Shown: positions 1 to 13,078 of the stretch, in pieces
Layout of the letters: each line of letters starts with the position of its first letter
Numbering within the stretch: the stretch's first letter is position 1
Source: Octopus sinensis
Lineage: Eukaryota
Length of the DNA: 64,000 nucleotides
Direction of reading: 5' to 3'
Assembly (NCBI RefSeq): GCF_006345805.1
Contig: NC_042999.1
Span: forward strand, 46,748,001-46,812,000
Translations under genes and position numbers: made by a program
Notes under the pieces: generated by a model
Databases searched by the model: none
Seen by the model: the letters and a program-made list of their open reading frames with translations, nothing else
What the model was told of the DNA's origin: nothing

Positions 1-557
1 AATATAATTGGCAATGATAAATATCAGAAATATTTCGATCAGTCTTCAGAAACGTATCAAAACTATTAAATTGATCCTGGATAGAGATATCGCATAGATT
101 ATAAGACTCACTAAAACTGACAACGAAACTAAAAGCACAAGTAGAATATTCTCAAGCTATATTGTTTCCGACCATGGTCAGAAATAGTGAACATACCAAT
201 GAATAAATCACTGAACATCAGTCCTCATCGTAATAATCCCTTGCGGCTACATTAGGAAATTTGACAGCCATTCTGCTGATAAATGCTTGAGCGATTCTTT
301 GGTAACACAATCTGTATGAAATGGTGTTGGGTGATGTGGAATTATGATGCATAAAATATTTCTACACATGGTGAAATTATCATCTCCCAAGTATTTAGTA
401 GAATAGTTCAAAGTAAATAAATAATATAAGTTTGAGCCAAACTTATATTCTACAGATACACAGAGAATGTGATACGCTGAAGATGATTCCCAGAACCTGT
501 ATCTATTTTTATGAAACACATTAAGGTAATTTTTGACGGAGATGTACTTGCATAGCA

Positions 558-770
558 AGTGACCTGATCTGAGATCGTGTGCTGGAACGAAAACAATTAC
601 AGCATGGAAGGTGTTTATAAGCCATTTAAGAAATACAGAAAAACCGTTCGATTCACTTCAACATTCAAATTTAATTTGTCAAAATATTTTCGTCCCTTTG
701 AGACTGCGACCTGTTCACTGACAAAACTCCGTGCTGCGACGAAAATATTTTGACAGATTAAATTTAAATT
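558..770. mobile_element. Probable Penelope-like terminal-repeat remnant with a 28-bp inverted repeat (667-694 / 738-765)
   Basis: AAATTTAATTTGTCAAAATATTTTCGTC pairs with GACGAAAATATTTTGACAGATTAAATTT (1 mismatch). The minus strand has a hammerhead-like skeleton with a non-canonical core. Confidence 0.5.
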
Positions 771-1439
771 AAGGTAGTGAATTGGCAGATTATTTAAGGG
801 AACTTTAAATATGTCTTGTAGTATATATTTCGTTTTTTTTCTGTTCAGATACTACCGCGACCTTTTTTGCCCTTCGATAAGGGAAAGAATCTATCAAGTA
901 CTGGTGTCAATTTACCAAACGAACCCATACCTCTAAAACTGTCGAAGTACTACGGTAGTTGCTTGTGTACATAAGTTTTAAGTATCCACGCTGAGTGGGG
1001 ATATGGATCTCCTTTCTTTTCTAACTTTAAAATGCTTTCCTCTAACTTGTGTAGAACACATATTTAAGTTTATTTTGATCCCTCTCAGCCTTATATCCCT
1101 TTAAAATCCTCTCAGATAACATCGCAGTATATAAATTCTTTACATGACATACATCCAGGGGATTGTTTCTGGAGATTCTGAGTGCACATTTGAGTGTATT
1201 TTTGATTTTATTGCCACATTTCTGTTATCATTGTGAACACGCGTGTATAGGTATGCAAATGTACCCGGGATAGGGATATACATTTGAATTTCACATATAG
1301 TCGACGCGAGGGTATTCCACACTACTTCCGTCTATTTATTGGTACTATCAAAATTTTGGTTAATTGGAGGGCAGCATAATACTTGCCCAACTTTCCACGC
1401 AGAGTAATCGAACCTAGAATATTTGAATATGGTTTTCTA

Positions 1440-1826
1440 CTCTAGACACAAGGCCCCATATTTTGGGGAAGTGGGCCAGCGATAAGATCGACCCCAGTAC
1501 GCAACTGGTGCTTAATTTATTGACCCTGAAAGGATGAAAGGCAAAGTCGACCTCAGCGGAATTTGAACTCAGAACGTAGCGGTAGACGAAATACTCATTT
1601 CTTTACTACCCACAAGGGGCTAAATACATAGGACAAACAAGGACAGACAAACGGATTAAGTCGATTATATCGACTCCAGTGCGTAACTGGTACTTATTTA
1701 ATCGACCCCAAAAGGATGAAAGGCAAAGTCGATCTCGGCGGAATTTGAACTCAGAACGTAGCGGCAGACGAAATGCCGCCAAACATTTCGCCCGGCGTGC
1801 TAAGGTTTCTGCCAGTTCCCCGCCTT
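1440..1826 (-). mobile_element. SINE family B, head-to-tail dimer
   Basis: Reverse complement of the same dimeric arrangement as 11742-12140. Confidence 0.88.
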
Positions 1827-2961
1827 ACAATATTAGAATATTATGTAATCAAATCCAACATTTCTTCGAATGTTAACAATATATTTCCCATTTGCCGGTC
1901 ATTCTAACGATTTTTCAAGAGACACAACGTGACAAAGTTTAGCAACCTATTTTTTAATACACATTGAGCATGATTACTCATCGAGATTAAATTGTTCATC
2001 AAAAGCAGACATTGTAAATGTTCTCCACAACTATTACTTCCATATGAAGAACGTTATCTATGTTAATATAAGTAGCAACATGTAGAAATTTCCCCGTTTC
2101 AATATTGTATGTTTTATTCACAAGAAATCAACATAAACGGATGTTTTCCTTTCACAATTACAGCACTGCACAACTGTACAAATACAAATCAACCTAGTAT
2201 TTAAAAGTTGGATTTTCGATTTTAATTAAGATACCATGAAGGACATTTGGTTTAAGGTGAACTAAAATGGGAAACAAGAAACAAGAACAGTGAGCCAAAA
2301 TTTTAACGAAATTGGTGCTACAATTTATTAGAATTTGATTATATTGCTGTAGAAAAGAGAAACTAATCCTGCTTTCAGATTAATTAAATACACGAAAAGG
2401 AAAAAACATCATATAGTTAAAGTGAATTCCAAGTATAAAGCACATGCAAAATACTTGTTCGTGCCTGCGCTATATCTCGATTTGCTGTCAGGATATAAAT
2501 CGAAGAATATTTTCAGCGTCCGTTTGAAGAAAAAAAAGATTTAAAAAAAATATACTATCCATGGTGAGATAGACGAAATAGATTTATCTTTCATCTATTT
2601 CCCTAGCATCTCGTGAAACACATGCAGTGACGATGATCACTTCAAGTGTGAATCTCACACGGTGTCTAGTATAGTTGTAATGTGAGACTCAACGCAAATT
2701 GTTCATTGTATCAGGATGTTGTTTTCTTTATTGTTCTCTTCACTGTGACCCAGCGCTTACCAACATTAAATACAATGACTTGCGAGAATTATCTGTAACT
2801 GAATCGCTTCCATCAAAGTTGATGACTATTTCACGAACAGCAATCTACGAAAAATTATAAAAATCATTTAAGATACGACCTATTATTGAATGAGCAATTT
2901 AGGATGCTGGGACACCGGGAAATAAACACAAAATTCACAATTGGGTCATTTGCGCTGGCTA

Positions 2962-2963
<2 letters not shown>

Positions 2964-3043
<80 letters not shown>

Positions 3044-3045
3044 TA

Positions 3046-3093
<48 letters not shown>

Positions 3094-3282
3094 CATATAT
3101 ATATATGTATATGTATATAGATATATATGCATGCATATATGTTATTTTATCACTTTCAACTGAAACCTGTGGCTATGCTGGGGCACCGCCCTTTTCCTAC
3201 ACCGTTATATATATATATATATATAATATATATGTATATATATATATATATGTATATATATAATATATATGTATATATATAT

Positions 3283-3315
<33 letters not shown>

Positions 3316-3420
3316 GCATATATATATATATGCATATATACATATGCATATATATGTTATATATATATATATATTATATATATACATATATATATGTATA
3401 TGTATATAGATATATATGCA
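2964..3420. repeat. (AT)n microsatellite complex, representative of dozens in the window (e.g. 10830-10980, 23500-23615, 28155-28350, 31180-31490, 37800-37935, 55650-55945)
   Basis: Direct reading; source of the IYIY-repeat ORFs. Confidence 0.97.
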
Positions 3421-3497
3421 TGCATATATGTTATTTTATCACTTTCAACTCAAACCTGTGGCCGTACTGGGGCACCGCCCTTTTCCTACACCGTTTT
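3128..3497. repeat. Tandem duplication (289-bp period) of an 80-bp segment between (AT)n tracts
   Basis: GTTATTTTATCACTTTCAACT..GGGGCACCGCCCTTTTCCTACACCGTT at 3141 and 3430, with 3 substitutions. Confidence 0.9.
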
Positions 3498-5070
3498 ATA
3501 TTATATATATATATATATACACACATGACATGCATATTCACACGCCTGTATTTATACTTATATACTGTTTGAAATATCAACTATATTTTATAACGTTCAG
3601 ATTGTTGCCTTAAATATATTATTTTATTGGAAGATATGAGCATATGATACTTATATAGCTTTATAACTATTTCAATGTACTTTATAAGCATAGAAAATGT
3701 ACGACGATGGATATTTCAATTTTCTTCTCTTCCAGATTGTGTTCAGCTAAACGTAGATTCCTCGATATATAAAATGTATATACTGTATCTGATCATTCTT
3801 AAGAAAATCAAGCTTCCTGTATTTAATTCATGAATTAGTAATTCTCGAAACTTAGTTGAAAATGTTATATCATCTCTCATGTTGTTAAGACAAAACTATT
3901 GGTTCTTGAATCAAAAAGAAAATGCAATACCATTTGTAATTATAGTAGAAATACTCAACTGAACATTTTGTGATTCTCTTTGAAATTCACTAATATTATA
4001 TTATATTATATTATATTTGGTTTCATCTCAACTAAAGTATTGTTATATTTTTACTGTCATTTTAAAATACTGAAACAATCACTTCAAATGTATGATGTTT
4101 TTCCTTTTCATGTATTTAATTAATCTTAAAGTGGGATTCATTTCTCTTTTTTATAGCAATAAAATCAAATTCTAATAAATTGTACTTCGTAGCCAACAAT
4201 TTCTCCTTGGCAATATCCATGAGGTCATTTATTTATATAAGTTTTCAAAGAAAATTCGAGAGAATTAACGAGAATTTTTTTCCTTTGATATATTTATCAA
4301 TCTACTTAATTTGAATTTGTCTTTACGTAGCATTATTGCATCGATGTTATGAAAAGAGATGGTGGAATCTGGAATATGGTTAGAAGGTAGTTTCTTTTTC
4401 TTTTGCGATTTTTACTATAGTTCTTTGATTTCTCAGGTATGTTTTTTTATATAGAAATTTGTTTAATTTAAAATATAATTTGCTTCACTTGTTTTTGTAA
4501 CATGTTTTGATAATGATCTCGAACACGATTTTAGACTGAAATGTCAGTGTTCTGTATCTGTGATCTTGATCTGTGTACTATGATTCTGTATTATTGGTAA
4601 TTGCATTGAACAGAAAATCTTAGTGTTTATAACATCGTAAAAGAAGTTAAGTGCTAGAGCGCTGGCTTAAATACCGTATCATAATAGTCTTTTTTTTTTA
4701 CCTCTATTTATTTTAAATTTTCAGAAGAATCAACATTGCCTTTTATCCATTTCCGATCGATAAAATGAAACGAACTGGCCTTTACTAGAGTTGAATTAGC
4801 CATAACTATCTTCCACTTGCTATATATATTCTTACAACCTTGGAAGGATGCAAGAATGAATAACAGCATGAAGTATTTGTGAGCGGTTTAATGTCAAGAA
4901 GTTATAAATTCATTGATAAAATTATTTTTGAATTATTTATTGTATATCAATTGTTATAAAATATGTTGAAATTCGAAATTAATCAGAAGATAATCTCACA
5001 TTAGTGGAATATTTCAGTGTCAGATTCAGATGCTCAGTTTAAAACATATGGTGCTGAAGTGTGTATACTT

Positions 5071-5388
5071 TTATTCTTTTACTCGCTTCAGTCATTTGAC
5101 TGCAGCCATACCGGAGCACCATTTTAAGGGGTTTTAGCCAAACAAATCAAAGCGAGTACTTATTTTTTGTAAGCCTAGTACTTATTATAGCGGACTCTTT
5201 TGCCAAACCGCTAAGTTACGGGAACTTAAACACACCAACATCGATTGTCAATAAAATCCACCTACAAGGTTTTGGTCGGCCTGAGGCTATAAGAGAAGAC
5301 ACTTCCCCAAGGTACCACGCAGTGGGACTGAACATGTAACAATGTGATTAGGAAACAAGCTTCTTATCACACAACCAAACCTGCGACT
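5071..5388 (-). mobile_element. SINE family A (older, internal deletion)
   Basis: Diverged reverse-complement copy. Confidence 0.8.
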
Positions 5389-5469
5389 GTGTCATTCTCA
5401 CTAGATTTACCCTGAAATATCTATTATTGTATGTAATATCATTCTGAGAAATATCCACAATTATCAGAT

Positions 5470-5940
5470 ACACAATGTTCATGAACTATGTGGCTGATGC
5501 CGAAATGTCAAAGGCAATCAAGAATTCAGATAATTTGAAAAACCCAGAAAAGATAAGATATAAAATACTACAACCTCTCAGTTACTAAATTCTAGTACAT
5601 TAAGAAACGCTTATACAGGATCAAACAATGCAATATCATCCGAGTAAAATTCAGGGCGCGAAATGGTTAGTGCATAATTAAACACCATATAATTCATAAA
5701 ATATCATGATGGTAAGAGCATGCTGAAGATAAGTTGAATCCAAAGAATATTTAGAATAACAACAAAATACGAAACGTTAGATGTTTACTCCATTTTTCTG
5801 CCTTGTTTAATGGAATGGAACAATTCCAAAGGCTCTATACGAAGCAGACTGCTTTAATATAGCATCCGATCTACAAGGAAAATTAAGAACTTCAAAAGCG
5901 TTATACTCTAGCGAATTTAGATATAAGGAAACACAGCATA
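5470..5940 (+). mobile_element. Highly decayed LINE remnant
   Basis: MNYVADAEMSKAI (YADD-like) and a WNxxPK..EADCF-like 3' motif. Confidence 0.35.
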
Positions 5941-6226
5941 AAAGTCCCGAATGATAATGATGACATGTAAACGATGCCATCACTCTATAAAGGATAAGGG
6001 ACCTGCATGTAATATATAACTACAAATTTTAAAGAAACGGATAATACTCCATGTTACCACATAAAATTACATAATAGTCAGATACATACAAACACAAAGA
6101 TATAAAGGTTTTTGTGTTTTTTTCTGACCTGTTCACTCTCCTCAAACACACACTCTCTCTCTTATTATACCCACACAGATAGACATGCATACATACATAC
6201 AAATATATATATATATATATATATAA

Positions 6227-6345
6227 AGGAGCACTCCGTCGGTAACGACGAGGGTCTCAGCTGATATGATCAACGGAACAGCTTGCTCGTAAGGTTAACG
6301 TGCTAGTGCCTGAGCAATCAACAAACACGCGTACACCTAATGTAG
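6227..6345 (-). mobile_element. 3' fragment of SINE family C
   Basis: AGGAGCACTCCGTCGGT..GAGGGTCTCAGCTGAT..CAGCTTGCTCGT is the reverse complement of 41140-41216. Confidence 0.8.
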
Positions 6346-7725
6346 TGTGTGTCTCTGTCTGAGTATGTTTGTGGTGTTATGATTGACCTGGTGTTGTGTG
6401 TGTGTATGTGTGTGTGAGTGTTGGTTATGATTGCTAGAATCATATTGCAAGTGTATATATGTATGTGTCTTTTCTTGGAATGTGTGTGTGTGTTTGTGCT
6501 CTAGTATGGGGATATTGTATTTGTGCGTGTTTGTATATGTATGTGTGTGTGTTTGCGTCGGAGGTTTGCATCGTTTTTGCGTTTGTCTGATTTTGTATAT
6601 CTGTATGTGTTTCTGTGTGTGTTTGTTTTGGATGTGTACCTGGGGGGTATGTTAGAATATACTGAGTTGTGGTCTGTATTTTTGAATAAGATTATTTTCC
6701 CTATTTATTCGTGTTTGGTCAGTGGTATTGTCCGGGCATTAATATAGTGGGAAAACTAGGAAATTGGGGAACTTGTTGTGTGCACAGAGGTCTAAATGAC
6801 CACTACGTGGTATCTGTCTTGTGGTGGGATCCCTCCATATACATATTTATATATATATATAGGTGTGTGTGTGTGTGTGTGTTTATATATATGTATACAT
6901 ATACATATATATATATGCATATATATAATATATATACATACATATATACATAAATATACGTATACGTGTGCGCATGGATGTGTATATCTATATACGCCTC
7001 GAGCTCTTAAGTTATATATGCTTTCACTACACCGGATAGTTCCTATCTATTCCGATGCATTCATGACTATATTTCTTGTATACTGTCCGGTTTCCTTGCA
7101 GGCCTTCCAATCATTACCTTCCTCACCGTCTTCGACGTTGGAACTGGTGACTAGTAACATCTTGTATTAAATTGTATTCCTTAATTCTTCGTCTCTGAAA
7201 ATGGATTAGTTTGATTTTATATGGAAATCCGTCCTCAAAGATATACGCACATCTATTCCTGAAGCAGCTAGAGATATTTTATTTACAACATCTCAGTCCC
7301 TTATTTACTCTAACAATTTTGCAATTATGTTTGGATTATAAATTCCCTGCTCTAAAGTGATACCAAGAATTTTGCTTATTCATTCTTTCCTTTTAATATA
7401 TACCTATCCGTCCAATGCCGAATCGCTTAAAGCTATTGTTTGCTAGACACCTACAGCACCACTTAATTTCTTTCACAATTCAAATCGTAGTTTTAGTAGT
7501 GAATCAGCCTGAGCTCCTTTTGTATGTACCTATTACATTATATCACTAGGTTTATTATTTTCTGTACTCTCTCTTTATACATATGTATAAGAACACATGA
7601 GTTGAGCGTTAAATACATTAGATAGAACCATAAATCGTTGAATAAATTTTGGCTAATTTTGCTACTAAATCCTGCATTTAAGCTATGAAAAATAATAAAA
7701 TATAATAAGGGAATACATTTATGGT

Positions 7726-7766
<41 letters not shown>

Positions 7767-8277
7767 GAAAAACGCATTGCATGCATCGCTCTTCGTGTGT
7801 ACGCAATATCTCTAATAAATGTAACTGTATAAAGCTGCATAAGTTTATGTGTGAACATGAGTATCATCCGTATTTTGGATGCAGCAGCTATTTTACTGGT
7901 CTCTAGGCCTATGAATTGTTGAATATGTTGTATTTAGCTTAATGTAGAAATACAAAATAGATGTACACTCCCTATTTTAACGTGACATTTTAAGATAAAG
8001 TCCCCCCTGCTGAAAGTAAAGATAAAGAAAAAATATTTGTTCTTCCTGTCGTAATTACTTTTCTGTTTTTCATATTGAATGCTTGCTAATTCTGCTTGGA
8101 ATGAAATACCAAAGTACACATTTATGTTTGTAGGTGGGTATATACACATACACACACACACAAATACGCTTATATGTATATGTACGTACATACGTAACAA
8201 GTAATATATATATATATACACACAAATATATATACATATACATATACACACACGCATAGATATATCAATTTATCTAG

Positions 8278-8355
<78 letters not shown>

Positions 8356-9408
8356 CATACGTATCTAGATGTATTATTGGCATTTGCAACGTAGATTTAA
8401 AGAAACATTGGAATCTGTGTCTTAGGTTGCCGTGCAATGAATGATATAATATATCTGGCTAATTGATACCACAAAACTATTCTTATTTTATCGATTTCCA
8501 TCAATTTAAATCGTTGAATTTATAGGTTGTGAGGTGTTCACTGTTATTTGTACCTGTAACTAGAGCTTCTAATGCATTTTTAATTTATAAACTAAGTCAT
8601 GACTCTCTTAAGAAAGTGAGAATGAGCAATCATAGGGCTTTTATGCTGTAAAGGAAACTAGCAGATTCTATAGACCGATGATGATGTGGGTGGCTATCAT
8701 ATACGTCATAACTTTTTCTAATATAGGCACAATGTATAGAAATTTGAGGGAGAGGACAAGTCGATGTAAACGCCTGCAATGCTAATCTGGTACTTATCGC
8801 ATCAATCACGAAAAAACTGATGGAATATATATAAAGGGAAGTCGAACGAGGTGGTATTTTGAACTCTGAACAAGGCGGACTAAACACCGCTAACGATACT
8901 GCCAGATCGCGACCTCTCTTAGAGGCACAGGGCCTGAAGTTTTATAGGATTCGATTAGTTCGGCAACAGTGCTCAAATGGTTCTTATTTTGTCGAATCGG
9001 AAATGATGAAATGCAAAATCAACCACTGTGGGATTTAAACTCTGAACGTAAGATAATGATAAAGATAGTGATAATAATAATAATAACAATGGTTTCAAAT
9101 TTAGCCACAGGGGCAGTAATTTTTTTTTTTGTTGGGAGAGATGTGTCAATTACATCTAACTTAAGTCTTCAACTGGTACTTAATTTATCGACCCCGAAAT
9201 ACAAGTTTCACAACGATTATGCTGTAAAATGGTACAGGTAAAGAGTAAATAATCTAATGAAAGGAAGACAAAGAACATTCTTTAACATCTTTAAGTATAA
9301 GTTACAATTGTTTCCCGACAAGCTCTATTTCCAACGCCAGTTTAGTAAATTTTCATTTAGAATTTTGGCGCAAACTGGTAACAATCAATCGTAATCTATA
9401 ATTAAAGG

Positions 9409-9509
<101 letters not shown>

Positions 9510-9527
9510 ATATATATATAAATATAT

Positions 9528-9573
<46 letters not shown>

Positions 9574-9673
9574 TATATATATATAGATATATATATATAT
9601 ATATGTGACCTCGTGTGTACCGTTGGCGATTTTTCCCCCTGTCTTCCCTTCTCTGGATCTTTCCTTCTCCTAT

Positions 9674-9708
9674 GTTTCCGACGAAGAGCTCCGCTCGAAG
9701 CGTTACAC
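9674..9708 (+). ncRNA. Hammerhead-like motif in a Penelope-type terminal repeat (mutated core), copy 1
   Basis: CCGACGA-A-GAGC-tcc-GCTC-GAAG-CG-TTA. The GAAA motif reads GAAG. Confidence 0.5.
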
Positions 9709-9868
9709 CCTCCTTCTTTCCTTCTTTCCTGAGCGTCCAATAATACTATATTTGTTCCACGTCCTCGCGTTGTTTTGTTTTTTGTTTTCTTGTTTGGATT
9801 AACTTTATATATATATATATACATACATATATATATATCTGTCTATCTATTTATCTATCTATCTATCT

Positions 9869-9968
<100 letters not shown>

Positions 9969-9987
9969 ATATATATATAATATATAT

Positions 9988-10039
<52 letters not shown>

Positions 10040-10139
10040 TATATATATATAGATATATATATATATATATGTGACCTCGTGTGTACCGTTGGCGATTTTT
10101 CCCCCTGTCTTCCCTTCTCTGGATCTTTCCTTCTCCTAT

Positions 10140-10174
10140 GTTTCCGACGAAGAGCTCCGCTCGAAGCGTTACAC
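10140..10174 (+). ncRNA. Hammerhead-like motif, copy 2
   Basis: Identical to 9674-9708, 466 bp downstream. Confidence 0.5.
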
Positions 10175-10330
10175 CCTCCTTCTTTCCTTCTTTCCTGAGC
10201 GTCCAATAATACTATATTTGTTCCACGTCCTCGCGTTGTTTTGTTTTTTGTTTTCTTGTTTGGATTAACTTTATATATATATATATATATATATACATAC
10301 ATATATATATATCTGTCTATCTATTTATCC

Positions 10331-10401
<71 letters not shown>

Positions 10402-10831
10402 CATCTATGTAGTGAATGTTCAACATAAACTGTCGATCTTTCACTTGCGAGTGTGGAAATATGGGATCACATAATCCATCTAAATCGACTCCAGAATAAA
10501 TCGTAAAAATTGCTGAAACGCATAAAAAAATATTTGGGTTCTTGATGGTTGGATCATTGTCTGCTAGTTTAATGTATAAGACTAAAATTAACGGGAAGAT
10601 ATTCTTTTCAGAAAAATATATTGAAAATACATTTAAGATAATGTATTTTTATTTTTCACATTTATCTCTTACCTTACGGGAGCCACAATGTTAGATTACA
10701 CTTTTAAGTAGAGATCCTACTCTATATTTTCATCTTATAAAGAATTATGCCTGCACACATACGCCCACAAACCGGACACATGCTTGTATAAACACTCAAG
10801 CACACACACGCACAGGTATATGTGTATATTG

Positions 10832-10883
<52 letters not shown>

Positions 10884-10939
10884 TATATATATATATATGT
10901 GCATATACATATGTAAGTATTTGCATATATATATGTATA

Positions 10940-10982
<43 letters not shown>

Positions 10983-11741
10983 GCATTCATCCATCCAGCA
11001 GAATATATAATATGCATGCATGCAACTACATACGCACGCGCACACACTCACACAGTTGTAACAATGAAATTATATTCATTTTCCTCGTTAAAACACAATT
11101 TTACAATTCAAAGATTCTCTATAATTGCATACCTTCCTTTGTGAGTTTCGGAAATAGATGACATAAGAAAATAGTAAGAACGTATAAGTAAATTAAAGAT
11201 CGTTAATATTACCAGTTCTACCAGCAGTGAATAAAAGACATCATGCTAACTTTTTTTCTATAAAATTGCAATCCTTGTATATTTAATGTATTTGGAAACA
11301 TTGCTTGGAGAGATTTTTTTGAATAGAGAAAAAAGTATTATTTTCATTACATAACAACCCAAATGTTAAGACATGTGCTACTCAAACCTTTGAAACTGTT
11401 CAAAAGTGAAATAAACTGAATTATAGGACTGTTATTGTCCGAACAATGATGTTCTCATTCATAGTAAACAATTTATATTCAACTTGCCTTGCTAATGTTT
11501 GTATAGACTTCTTAACGACACACAAATACTATTTTTTCGGTTACTAGTGTTTTCTTACCGACTATTTTATTTTGGGTAATTCCAGTGAAGTCTTCAAAGA
11601 GGTGAAAAAAGTACGTGCATTATTCACGTGCTTTCTTCTTTACAGTTGTAATTTAACACTCAACTGACTTTACGGTGTAGTATCACTAACATTATTGCAA
11701 ACGAACGGACATTTCAAGTATGTGTATAGCTTTGAAATGTG

Positions 11742-12140
11742 AAGGCGGCGAGCTGACAGAAACGTTAGCACGCCGGGCGAAATGCGTAACCGTATTTCGT
11801 CTGCCGTTACGTTCTGAGTTCAAATTTCGCCGAGGTTGACTTTGCCTTTCATCCTTTCGGGGTCGATAAATTAAGTACCAATTACGCACTGGGGTCGATA
11901 TAATCGACTTAATCCGCTTGTCTGTCCTTGTTTGTCCTCTCTGTGGGTAGTAAAGAAATAGGTATTTCGTCTATCGTTAGGTTCTAAGTTCAAATTCGCC
12001 AACGTCGACTTTGCCATTCATCCTTTCGGGGTCGATAAATAAAGTACCAGTTTCGCAATGGAATCGATGTAATCGACTTTATCCCGTTGTCTGTCTTTGT
12101 TTGTCCCCTCTATGATTAGCGCCTTGTGGGCAGTAAGGAA
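11742..12140 (+). mobile_element. tRNA-derived SINE family B, head-to-tail dimer
   Basis: GGCG.GAGCTG.CAGAA..GAGTTCAAATT..GACTTTGCCTTTCATCCTTTCGGGGTCGATAAA..GTACCA. The body occurs twice. Confidence 0.88.
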
Positions 12141-12774
12141 ATATATCGCTTTGAAATGTAAGTTGAACGAATAGGAATATAAGAACGTCTAACAAATATA
12201 GACATAGTTTTACATAAATACTTACGAAGTCGATGGATTTATGTGAAGTAAAACATAAATTTGGTTTCGATACTAATTCATTTTACATTTTATTCATGTT
12301 GATACTCAGTAACTACTTGCTTTCGTACCTAAATCTTCGTGCAAGCAGCGTTATGGTCTTATAATGGACGCTTTGTTTGCAATAATACAGTTCAGCTTTC
12401 AATCCATCCTAAGACGAAGACAAAGTGGGTTTTTTCCCATAAATTCGTGCTGACGAATACTTACTATGCTTTGTGAACTCAAACTGTGCAAAAACCTCAC
12501 CTGTATGTATGTATTCATGTGTATGTATGTAAGTATCCGCATATATGTATGTATTTATGTATGTATATTTGTATTCATGCATGTATTTTTTCTTTGTTCA
12601 TTTAAGTTATCCTTGAGATAATTCAAACCGGTTGATAACAAAATATCATGTTCTTGTGTGTTAAGAGGGTTCCCACTGTTTGTAAATCTGTGGCTAAGTT
12701 CGTATTTTTCCTAGCTGGCGATGCACACACCCAAGCATATGCCTCTGCTCTTCTAAAGAATATCATATGGAGAA

Positions 12775-13078
12775 TATTTGGAATGCCTTACAAATATTCA
12801 CTGTGCCGCTAATAAATAGGATTTGGAGAATCTGTATCAGTTTCTTTTGCCCTTTCCTTGAAAAACCCGGCATTTCTAGGTTTTTGTGCTAATTTGTAGG
12901 CAGATAGCCTAATATCCTTATGATGGTAGGGACAAATGAGGATTCGGAGTTAGGGTACATTCACATTGGCTGGGCAGCTGACCTCTGCAATGGTGAATGA
13001 TTTTTGTTCCCTCTCCCACAGAGCAACGTTAGGTCTGTTATATTTGCACCTAAGTGCTAATTTTATTGTTGTATTCCG
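12775..13078 (-). mobile_element. Decayed RLE-domain remnant related to 33862-34680
   Basis: My translation: IKLALRCKYNRPNVALWEREQKSFTIAEVSCPANVNV / YPNSESSFVPTIIRILGYL..NLEMPGFS..LIQILQ. Collinear with ORF 34291-34677, with an internal deletion. Confidence 0.7.

Noticed and set aside
1679-1876. Recurrent 'MRNWYL..' and 'GTEPGTMW..' ORFs suggesting a gene family
   Set aside because: They are frames of SINE families B and A.
2864-3613. ORFs rich in IY/YI repeats (and all similar IYIY, IYLS, CVCV, HTHT ORFs in the window)
   Set aside because: They are translations of (AT)n, (ATCT)n and (GT)n microsatellites, which have few stop codons.
7050-7520. Possible LINE RT remnant on the minus strand (KILGITL); also VRNLG-like at ~35560
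   Set aside because: Single short motifs only; too decayed to support a call.
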